Source of the DNA: an uncultured Erysipelotrichaceae bacterium
GTDB taxonomy: Bacteria; Bacillota_I; Bacilli_A; Erysipelotrichales; Erysipelotrichaceae
Assembly (NCBI GenBank): GCA_964457525.1
Contig: CAYWGS010000100.1
Coordinates: forward strand, 1 to 5,672
DNA length: 5,672 bases
Direction of reading: 5' to 3'
Below, in pieces: positions 1 to 5,634 of this stretch. Position 1 is the first letter of the stretch, and each line of letters starts with the position of its first letter. The notes beneath the pieces are model-generated. The model searched no databases and was not told where the DNA came from. It was given only the letters and a program-made list of their open reading frames with translations. The position numbers and the translations under genes were made by a program.

Positions 1-45
1 CTTTATGATATCGAATTCCTTCACTTATGTCCCTTTATTTTTAAT

Positions 46-77
46 CAAATTAAAAGCGCTGGTTATTCACCAACGCT
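46..77 (-). terminator. Putative second (distal) intrinsic terminator for the minus-strand ATPase gene
   Basis: Arms 55-63 (agcgctggt) and 69-77 (accaacgct) pair around loop 64-68. The single non-Watson-Crick position (59/73) is a C.A mismatch in + sense RNA. In minus-sense RNA it becomes a G.U wobble, giving a continuous 9-bp stem only on the minus strand. The minus-sense stem is followed by UUUAAUUU (plus coordinates 54-46). Confidence 0.5.
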
Positions 78-95
78 AAATGTTATAGAACCAAT

Positions 96-118
96 AAAAC
101 GCTCAATTGAGCGTTTTT
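96..118. terminator. Bidirectional intrinsic terminator (perfect 22-bp palindrome) abutting the ATPase stop codon
   Basis: aaaacgctc-aatt-gagcgtttt forms a GC core stem 100-104/109-113 extended by A/T pairs 96-99/114-117. The + sense tail is TTTTTAT and the minus-sense tail is TTTTATT. The minus-strand stop codon TAA (117-119) touches the hairpin. Confidence 0.6.
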
Positions 119-1478
119 ATATGTTTATTAATGAAGAATAAAGATCATCAATCGTATATAAGAGATAGTTTGTTTTATATACATCTGCTGTAAATTTGTT
201 TTTAGAAAAGAAGCCTAAGTTTTCAATGCTTAAGTATTTTGCCTTCTCTCGGAGTTGATTTACGATTTGTAAGTCAACGGGTGAATTAGTCCACTTACAT
301 TCATATGCGATAAGTTTATCTTTAATTGATGCGACTATATCAATTTCAATATCTATTCGTGCTCGTGCATCATTAGCCCAATATCGACCAATTCTCTCTA
401 ATTGTCCTGAATGTTTAATGATTAGAAATCTTTGTGCAATACTCTCAAATTCTAACGCAATAAATTCATCAAGCTTCGTTTCAATATATTGGTCATAAAA
501 TAAACTTGCATTCATAATTGCTTTTTGAGATTTATTTCTTTCTATGAATGTGTAATGAAATCGGAATAAAGGATCTTTTATACGATAAAGCGTCTTACGT
601 GATTGATCATTTGAACCGAAACAAATATCTTTTTCAATAATACCTAAATTTATGAGAACATTAAGATAACTAACTAATTGACCACTAGGTATATTTCCAG
701 CTTTTGTGGATATTTCATTTACGCGTGTTGACCCACTCGCAATCGCATTTAAAATGCGTCCATAACTAGATTGACTACGTACTTCTTGGCTTAAGAAGAA
801 GTTTATTTCATCTTCAAAAATTGCCCCTGTTTCGATAATGAGATTAATAATATTGTCGCGAACACTTTGGTTTGGGTCTATTCTACTTATATAAAAAGGA
901 ACACCACCAAAGACACTATATAGTCTTATTTTATCAATTGAAGTAACATTTGGATAAAATTTTGAAGCTTCATAATAATCAAATGCTTCGAGTTTAAGTT
1001 TAAAAGTACTTCTACCATACAAAGGTTTCTGATATGTTAGAGCATCCTCAATCATACCCACATGGCTTCCGGATATTATTAAACATACTGATGTATCAAT
1101 AAGATATTGGTCAATAGAGTTTTGAATAATTGTAAGAATTTTATCGTTGGAGTCCATTAGATAAGTGAATTCATCTAAAATAAAAATAATCTTTTGATCA
1201 TGACTTCGTTTAGCTAAATATTTAAAAATTGATTCAAAATCCTCAAAAGTAATTGGTTCATTAAAATAGGCTGCGATTGATTGGCTTAATTGTTTGAGGT
1301 TGTATTCTAGACCCATTGAATTCGCGACAAAATAAAGTGCATTCTTACTTTTAACAATTTGCTTGAGAAGAGTTGTTTTACCTATTCTACGACGTCCATA
1401 TAAAATTCCAAATTCAAATCGATTAGAGTTAATTCGATTCTCTATAATACTTAATTCTTTCTCTCTGCCTATGAACAT
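117..1478 (-). CDS. P-loop/AAA+ ATPase (Arch_ATPase/ATPase_2-like) fused to a winged-helix and a C-terminal PD-(D/E)xK nuclease-like (DUF234-like) domain
   Basis: The ORF track gives 117..1505, but its first codon is TTG. The ATG at 1476-1478 (MFIGREKEL...) has GAGGT 7 nt upstream, so I prefer 1478 as the start. Walker A is GRRRIGKTT (1371-1397) and Walker B is IIFILDEF (1167-1190), followed by LIISGS and the family-typical PLYGR and GGVPFY motifs. A wHTH-like stretch SYGRILNAIASGSTRVNEISTKAGNIPSGQLVSYLNVLINLGIIEKD spans about 627-767. The C-terminus carries IDIEIDIVA...IAYECKW (D385/E387/D389 ... E402-C-K404, coordinates 294-353), a D...ExK nuclease signature. Confidence 0.85.
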   Translation of the reverse strand: MFIGREKELSIIENRINSNRFEFGILYGRRRIGKTTLLKQIVKSKNALYFVANSMGLEYNLKQLSQSIAAYFNEPITFEDFESIFKYLAKRSHDQKIIFILDEFTYLMDSNDKILTIIQNSIDQYLIDTSVCLIISGSHVGMIEDALTYQKPLYGRSTFKLKLEAFDYYEASKFYPNVTSIDKIRLYSVFGGVPFYISRIDPNQSVRDNIINLIIETGAIFEDEINFFLSQEVRSQSSYGRILNAIASGSTRVNEISTKAGNIPSGQLVSYLNVLINLGIIEKDICFGSNDQSRKTLYRIKDPLFRFHYTFIERNKSQKAIMNASLFYDQYIETKLDEFIALEFESIAQRFLIIKHSGQLERIGRYWANDARARIDIEIDIVASIKDKLIAYECKWTNSPVDLQIVNQLREKAKYLSIENLGFFSKNKFTADVYKTNYLLYTIDDLYSSLINI

Positions 1479-1506
1479 TGTTTCGACCTCATCATAATTA
1501 CACAAT

Positions 1507-1541
1507 TAGTATAACACAATATACTATATTACGATATACTA
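1507..1541. promoter_or_regulatory. Operator-like repeat set: inverted repeat TAGTATA-N6-TATACTA plus a third TATACTA copy 15 bp away
   Basis: TAGTATA lies at 1507-1513. TATACTA lies at 1520-1526 and again at 1535-1541. The set sits directly upstream of the ATPase start and overlaps the predicted -10 and transcription start region of that gene. Confidence 0.3.
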
Positions 1542-1550
1542 AATATGCAA
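1523..1550 (-). promoter_or_regulatory. Putative sigma-A type promoter of the ATPase gene
   Basis: Read on the minus strand, TTGCAT (plus 1550-1545) is followed by a 16-nt spacer and TATAGT (plus 1528-1523). This places it about 45 nt upstream of the ATG at 1478. Confidence 0.35.
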
Positions 1551-1615
1551 ATCATGAACTAGAATATTCTATTTATTCCAATCTAATATAAATATTGGAT
1601 TTACACATTAAAATA

Positions 1616-2146
1616 CTAGATGTATTTCTTTAATCGTAATAATATCGTCAATGTCTTTGCGTCATTAATCTTACCGCTATTTGCCATATCCAATAATTCT
1701 TTATAGAAATAGGTTCTAACATTTAAGAACTCACCATCATCCAAATCTTGTCCAACAAACTTCGTTCTTGGCGCAAAGTAAATATAGATAATCTCAGATA
1801 AATACCCAACAGACGGATAAACTAACCCAAGAGGAACTACTTCTAATGCTTCATAACCCGTTTCTTCAATAAGTTCACGTTTTGCGGCTTCAAGAGGATC
1901 TTCATTCGGTTCTAATTTGCCGGCTGGAAATTCTAACATCTCCATTGCGAAAGGATATCGATATTGTTCAACCAATAAGAGTTCGCCTTTTTCATTCAAT
2001 GCTGCGATACATGCACCACCGGGATGTTCCACAACCTCACGCATTGCACGCTTACCATCCGGTAATTCGATTTGATCATGTCGTACATTAATGATACGAC
2101 CTTTAAATTTTAGTTCTGTACTGAGTGTTTTTTCTGTTAGTTTCAT
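1616..2146 (-). CDS. nudF: Nudix hydrolase, ADP-ribose pyrophosphatase (NudF/YqkG-like)
   Basis: A perfect Nudix box GX5EX7REUXEEXGU is present: GKLEPNEDPLEAAKRELIEETGY (aa 76-98, coordinates 1853-1921). Length (176 aa) and N-terminal layout (KFKGRIINVRHDQIELPDGK...VEHPG) resemble remembered Bacillus NudF. An AGGTGA SD lies 4 nt upstream of the ATG at 2146. Confidence 0.88.
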   Translation of the reverse strand: MKLTEKTLSTELKFKGRIINVRHDQIELPDGKRAMREVVEHPGGACIAALNEKGELLLVEQYRYPFAMEMLEFPAGKLEPNEDPLEAAKRELIEETGYEALEVVPLGLVYPSVGYLSEIIYIYFAPRTKFVGQDLDDGEFLNVRTYFYKELLDMANSGKINDAKTLTILLRLKKYI

Positions 2147-2162
2147 GATGTCACCTATTGCG

Positions 2163-2171
2163 ATTATAACA
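2163..2171 (-). promoter_or_regulatory. Extended -10 promoter element for nudF
   Basis: The minus strand reads TGTTATAAT (TGnTATAAT, a perfect extended -10), about 17 nt upstream of the nudF ATG region. The -35 is weak (TACTTA-like), as is often tolerated with an extended -10. Confidence 0.45.
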
Positions 2172-2181
2172 CAAGGCTTCG

Positions 2182-2210
2182 TTGTAAGTATGTGCTTAGA
2201 ATGTTAAAAT
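2182..2210 (+). promoter_or_regulatory. Putative sigma-A promoter of the tmk-holB-ricT-rsmI operon
   Basis: TTGTAA (2182-2187), a 17-nt spacer, then TAAAAT (2205-2210), preceded by TGt (2202-2204), which matches the extended -10 form TGnTAAAAT. The GAGGGA SD at 2219-2224 follows. Confidence 0.5.
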
Positions 2211-2229
2211 AGGCATGCGAGGGATTTGT

Positions 2230-2862
2230 ATGAAACAAGGATTATTTATCACATTTGAAGGACCTGATGGAAGTGGAAAGACAACGGTAAGCCGTTATGT
2301 CTATGAAACTCTACTAAAATTAGGCTATCCTGTCTTATATACACGTGAACCAGGTGGAATTGATATCGCGGAACAAATTCGTCATATCGTTTTAGATCCA
2401 AAGAATACGGCAATGGATGTGAAGACTGAGGCATTACTATATGCGGCTAGTCGTAGACAACACTTTGTAGAGAAGATTAAACCTGCTTTACTAGAGAATA
2501 AAATTGTCTTGTGTGATCGATTTGTCGATAGTTCTTTGGCGTACCAAGGAATCGCACGTGGAATTGGATTTGATGAAGTCTTAAGTATCAATGAATTTGC
2601 GATTGAAGGAAAATTTCCTGATATGACCTTATACCTTGATGTGGATGCACAAAAGGGATTAAGTCGTATCGAACGTAGAGCCTTTTTAGATCGTTTGGAC
2701 CAAGAAGCATTATCCTTCCATGAGAAGGTTGTGGAAGGGTATCAAATGGTTATGGATCATTTTAAACATCGTGTGGTACGAATTGATGCAGGGCAGGATG
2801 TTTTAAAAGTACAAGAAGACGCATTAGAAGTTGTGTTGAAGAAGGTAAAAGAGTATGTTTAG
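2230..2862 (+). CDS. tmk: Thymidylate kinase (dTMP kinase)
   Basis: The P-loop [14 protein letters not shown] is present (GPDGSGKTT at 2260-2286), along with TREPGG, the [12 protein letters not shown] motif and a LID-like SRIERR. The ORF track starts at 2215, but the ATG at 2230 has GAGGGA 5 nt upstream and gives the usual short N-terminus ([11 protein letters not shown]). Confidence 0.95.
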   Translation: MKQGLFITFEGPDGSGKTTVSRYVYETLLKLGYPVLYTREPGGIDIAEQIRHIVLDPKNTAMDVKTEALLYAASRRQHFVEKIKPALLENKIVLCDRFVDSSLAYQGIARGIGFDEVLSINEFAIEGKFPDMTLYLDVDAQKGLSRIERRAFLDRLDQEALSFHEKVVEGYQMVMDHFKHRVVRIDAGQDVLKVQEDALEVVLKKVKEYV

Positions 2863-3835
2863 TGCGCAATTAAAAGAACGCCAAATGATTGTGGAAAAAG
2901 TTCTTTTTAATGCGCTTAAATATAAACAGCCCTCACATGCTTATCTATTTGTAGGTCCTAAAGGATCTAAGATGGTTGAAACTGCAATCTTACTCGCACA
3001 GAGTTTAGTGTGTAAACATGCGGATCCATGGGCGTGTGAAGAATGTGATTCTTGTCATCGGATTAAAGATGGAATTTATGCGGATTTAGTCATTATCGAT
3101 GGATCTGAGAAATCGATTAAAAAAGAAGATATCTTGCATATGCAGGAACAATTCTCTAAAACTGCTTTAGAGAGTTATGGTAAGAAAATATATATTATTA
3201 TTGGGGCAGAGAATGCGTCTACTGAAGCACTTAATAGTTTACTAAAGTTCTTAGAAGAACCGAGTGGACATGATACTTATGCGATTTTAATTAGTGAGAA
3301 ACCAGAAAGACTCTTAGAAACGATTGTTTCTCGTTGTCAAACCTTAACCTTTAAGGCTCAAGACCGTGATGTGTTAATGGAATCACTCAAAGAATTTGAT
3401 CTAGAACCGTATGAACTACATTTACTCACTCAAATGGTAAATGATCAAGAAGAGCTCATGGAACTCAAGGATAGTGAAGAGTTTAGAGCCTGCTTAACGC
3501 ATTTTGGTGAATTTATTGATGAATACAATCGAGCACCTTATTTAGGGGAATTATATCTTCAAAATAGTGTATTAAAGCGTAAAGATGCACAAAGTGACCG
3601 ACAACGTTTGACACTCTTTTTAAACATAGGTATGATGTTTTTTAAGGATGTGTTGTTTAAGACAAACACAACATCATCCGTATGGAAGAATCGTATGAAT
3701 CAATTACCAAGGCAACTCAAGCCTTTGACAGCGTTTACGCTATTTAACGAAAGTGTTCATAAAATCTCTACCAATGCGAATCTGGGATTACTCATTGACG
3801 CATTGCTCTACCAACTTAAGGAGGAAGAAGTATGA
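2855..3835 (+). CDS. holB: DNA polymerase III clamp-loader subunit delta-prime
   Basis: [14 protein letters not shown] is a degenerate Walker A (GK[ST] replaced by SKM), typical of ATPase-inactive delta-prime. A Zn-module-like C-X7-C-X2-C-X2-C ([15 protein letters not shown]) spans 3011-3055. The Walker B-like [16 protein letters not shown] and the SRC motif (VSRCQTL) are present. The start overlaps the tmk stop in ATGTTTAG (an 8-nt overlap). Confidence 0.9.
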   Translation: MFSAQLKERQMIVEKVLFNALKYKQPSHAYLFVGPKGSKMVETAILLAQSLVCKHADPWACEECDSCHRIKDGIYADLVIIDGSEKSIKKEDILHMQEQFSKTALESYGKKIYIIIGAENASTEALNSLLKFLEEPSGHDTYAILISEKPERLLETIVSRCQTLTFKAQDRDVLMESLKEFDLEPYELHLLTQMVNDQEELMELKDSEEFRACLTHFGEFIDEYNRAPYLGELYLQNSVLKRKDAQSDRQRLTLFLNIGMMFFKDVLFKTNTTSSVWKNRMNQLPRQLKPLTAFTLFNESVHKISTNANLGLLIDALLYQLKEEEV

Positions 3836-4701
3836 CCGAAACAGTGTCACACGAGTATAAATATGTTTTTTCAGTGCGTTTCCATGGCAATCAGAAGGCC
3901 TATAGTTTTGGCAGTGATGAGCCAATCTATGCCTATGAAGAGTATGTCGTTGTGGAGACAGCACGTGGCTTAGAACTAGGTCAAGTCATCAGTGAAGCAC
4001 GTTTAAAAGAAGATTTGAATCTAACGACAGAATTAAAACCAATCTTACGTAAGGCAAGTGAAAAAGACCTTGCCAGCTATAACAAAAACAAAGAAGAATC
4101 CAAGGATGCGATGAAAGTTTGTAATGAACTCATTCAAAAACTTAACTTAGATATGAACTTAATCAGTGCAGAATATACCTTAGATCGTTCAAAGATTATC
4201 TTTGTGTATGTTGCGGATGAAAGAGTTGACTTTAGAGAACTTTTAAAAGAACTCGCGAGTCAATTAAAATGTCGTATTGAACTTAAACAAATTGGTCCTC
4301 GAGATAAAGCCAAGATGATTGGTGGAATTGGACCGTGTGGACTTGAAACCTGTTGTTCAAAGTTCTTGAATAATTTTGATGTCGTTTCCATTAATATGGC
4401 TAAGAATCAACTATTAGCACTTAACATTTCCAAGTTATCTGGACAATGTGGTAAGCTCATGTGTTGTTTAAAATATGAGGATGAGAACTACAAAGAAATG
4501 CGTAAGGGTTGTCCTAAGATGAATGAACAAATTGATTACGAAGGCAAACGTTATCGTGTTACGAGTATGAATGTTATTACGGGGCAAGCTAAACTTGAGA
4601 ATCGTGAAGAAGCTCATTTCTTGCCGTTTGAGGATGCGTTCAAAGAATATCGTAAGAAGGAAAAATCAAACAATGAAGAGACAAAAGAGCTTTCAGAATG
4701 A
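3832..4701 (+). CDS. ricT: PSP1-domain protein RicT/YaaT (stage 0 sporulation protein YaaT family)
   Basis: A perfect AAGGAGG SD lies at 3818-3824, 7 nt before the ATG. The ATGA sequence overlaps the holB stop. Conserved YaaT-type cysteine motifs GPCGLETCCSKF and GQCGKLMCCLKYE span 4336-4467. Its position right after holB matches Bacillus synteny. Confidence 0.9.
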   Translation: MTETVSHEYKYVFSVRFHGNQKAYSFGSDEPIYAYEEYVVVETARGLELGQVISEARLKEDLNLTTELKPILRKASEKDLASYNKNKEESKDAMKVCNELIQKLNLDMNLISAEYTLDRSKIIFVYVADERVDFRELLKELASQLKCRIELKQIGPRDKAKMIGGIGPCGLETCCSKFLNNFDVVSINMAKNQLLALNISKLSGQCGKLMCCLKYEDENYKEMRKGCPKMNEQIDYEGKRYRVTSMNVITGQAKLENREEAHFLPFEDAFKEYRKKEKSNNEETKELSE

Positions 4702-5542
4702 AATCTGCACACTTTATCTCGTCGCAACTCCGATTGGTAATCTCGATGAGATGACCCCTCGAGCTATTGAGATATTGAAAGATGTGAATGTGATTGCGGC
4801 TGAAGATACTCGTAATACTGTACGTTTACTTCAACACTTTGATATTAAGACGAAACTGATTGCCCATCATTCACACAATGAACAGGATAGCGCAACCGGT
4901 ATAATTAAACTCCTCCAAAGTGGTCAAGATGTCGCATTGGTGAGTGATGCGGGTTATCCTTTAATCAGTGATCCAGGTTCATACCTTGTTCAATCAGTCA
5001 TTGATGCGGGATTCAATGTTGTGCCAATTTCAGGCAGTAGTGCAGTATTAAATGCGCTAGTCGCATCTGGTTTATCTCCTCAACCTTTCTTGTTTTATGG
5101 TTTTCTACCTTTACAAGATAAAGAGTGCAATCAAGAACTGAATCAATTAAAGGCTTATCCTTATACTCTCGTATTCTACGAAGCACCTCATCGCATACAA
5201 AAAACCATCCAAAAGATGATTCCTGTGATGGGTGATCGTAAAGCTTGTTTAGCACGTGAAATAACGAAGATGTATGAAGAATTCATGCGTGGAACGTTAA
5301 GTGAAATACTTGAAAATAGTGAAGATTTAAAAGGTGAGTTAGTCCTTATCGTAGAAGGAAATATCTCAGATCGAGAAAAAGCGATTGATTTAACAGAAAT
5401 CCATCAACGTATACAAGTGTATATTGAAGGTGGTATCAGTGCGTCTCAAGCGATTAAACAGGTCGCAAAGGATACTGGAATAAATAAGAATGAGATTTAT
5501 TCGTTCTACCATTCAAAAGACATTAAGAGTGATCATTCATAA
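4673..5542 (+). CDS. rsmI: 16S rRNA (cytidine1402-2'-O)-methyltransferase RsmI (YabC-like, tetrapyrrole-methylase fold)
   Basis: MKRQKSFQNEICTLYLVATPIGNLDEMTPRAIEILKDVNVIAAEDTRNT matches the remembered RsmI/YabC N-terminus (SF..GTLYLVPTPIGNLEDMT...AAEDTR). SDAGYPLISDPG, FYEAPHR and the C-terminal helical tail (SASQAIKQVAKDTGINKNEIY) are also present. The ORF track start at 4571 adds 34 basic residues with no homologous counterpart. The ATG at 4673 has GAAGGA 11 nt upstream. Confidence 0.92.
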   Translation: MKRQKSFQNEICTLYLVATPIGNLDEMTPRAIEILKDVNVIAAEDTRNTVRLLQHFDIKTKLIAHHSHNEQDSATGIIKLLQSGQDVALVSDAGYPLISDPGSYLVQSVIDAGFNVVPISGSSAVLNALVASGLSPQPFLFYGFLPLQDKECNQELNQLKAYPYTLVFYEAPHRIQKTIQKMIPVMGDRKACLAREITKMYEEFMRGTLSEILENSEDLKGELVLIVEGNISDREKAIDLTEIHQRIQVYIEGGISASQAIKQVAKDTGINKNEIYSFYHSKDIKSDHS

Positions 5543-5546
5543 ATAC

Positions 5547-5575
5547 TAAAGGAAGCTTAGGCTTCCTTTAAAGTT
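5547..5575 (+). terminator. Hairpin terminator after rsmI (weak U-tail)
   Basis: A 10-bp stem 5547-5556/5561-5570 (core GGAAGC/GCTTCC) with loop TTAG lies 5 nt after the TAA stop at 5540-5542. Only three T residues follow the GC core, partly within the stem, then AAAGTT. Termination efficiency is therefore uncertain. Confidence 0.45.
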
Positions 5576-5586
5576 AATACTCATCT

Positions 5587-5615
5587 TTGACATTATCACG
5601 GTATACCGTTATATT
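5587..5615 (+). promoter_or_regulatory. Near-consensus sigma-A promoter
   Basis: TTGACA (5587-5592, a perfect -35), an exact 17-nt spacer, then TATATT (5610-5615, 5/6 match to TATAAT). It is followed by a GGAG SD at 5624-5627 and an ATG at 5635. Confidence 0.6.
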
Positions 5616-5634
5616 AAAGTTATGGAGATTATTT

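Noticed and set aside
6-20. TGATATCGAATTCCT, adjacent EcoRV and EcoRI sites, identical over 15 nt to the pBluescript-type polylinker segment (..AAGCTTGATATCGAATTCCTGCAG..)
   Set aside because: The flanks diverge from the vector on both sides immediately, and the surrounding sequence is native-looking AT-rich spacer. This is most likely coincidence rather than vector contamination. A UniVec/VecScreen search of the full contig would settle it.
1-141. Open + strand frames entering from the left edge: frame 1 open to TAA at 139-141, frame 2 open to TAA at 77-79
   Set aside because: These could be the 3' end of an upstream convergent gene. A frame-2 stop at 79 followed by the 96-118 terminator would fit. 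However, only 25-46 codons are visible with no motif, and frame 1 would run through two terminator hairpins and into the ATPase gene. This cannot be supported without upstream sequence.
705-713. TGTGGATAT, an 8/9 match to the DnaA box TGTGGATAA, in a locus that is origin-proximal in Bacillus
   Set aside because: It is a single imperfect copy inside a coding region with no cluster of boxes or AT-rich unwinding element, which is consistent with chance.
1479-1505. TTG-initiated 9-codon N-terminal extension of the ATPase ORF (MCNYDEVET)
   Set aside because: The downstream ATG at 1478 has a properly spaced GAGGT SD, and that SD lies inside the extension itself. The TTG has no SD.
1577-1599. TCCAAT...ATTGGA hairpin as a nudF terminator
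   Set aside because: The stem is only 6 AT-rich base pairs, the loop is 11 nt, and there is no U-tail on the minus strand. That is too weak to call a terminator.
1506-1615. Tiny ORFs in the nudF-ATPase spacer (for example MQIMN on + at 1545; MICIFSIS and MCKSNIYIRLE on the minus strand)
   Set aside because: They are 5-11 codons long with no SD sequences and sit in AT-rich spacer. There is no evidence for a small toxin or leader peptide.
1882-2091. 69-aa + strand ORF from the track, antisense to nudF
   Set aside because: It lies entirely inside the Nudix CDS, which has a perfect Nudix box on the other strand. It has no SD and no recognisable motif, and its composition fits a shadow frame.
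2215-2229. Upstream ATG giving tmk a 5-residue extension (MRGIC)
   Set aside because: The GAGGGA SD sits between the two ATGs and serves 2230. The ATG at 2215 lies only 4 nt after the predicted -10, so it would probably not be in the mRNA.
2249-2591. Two minus-strand ORFs (2249-2434 and 2382-2591) antisense to tmk
   Set aside because: Both are embedded in the strongly supported tmk CDS. Neither has a ribosome-binding site or a recognisable motif, which is typical of antisense open frames.
5013-5255. 80-aa minus-strand ORF antisense to rsmI
   Set aside because: It lies inside the well-supported rsmI CDS and has no start context or recognisable domain.
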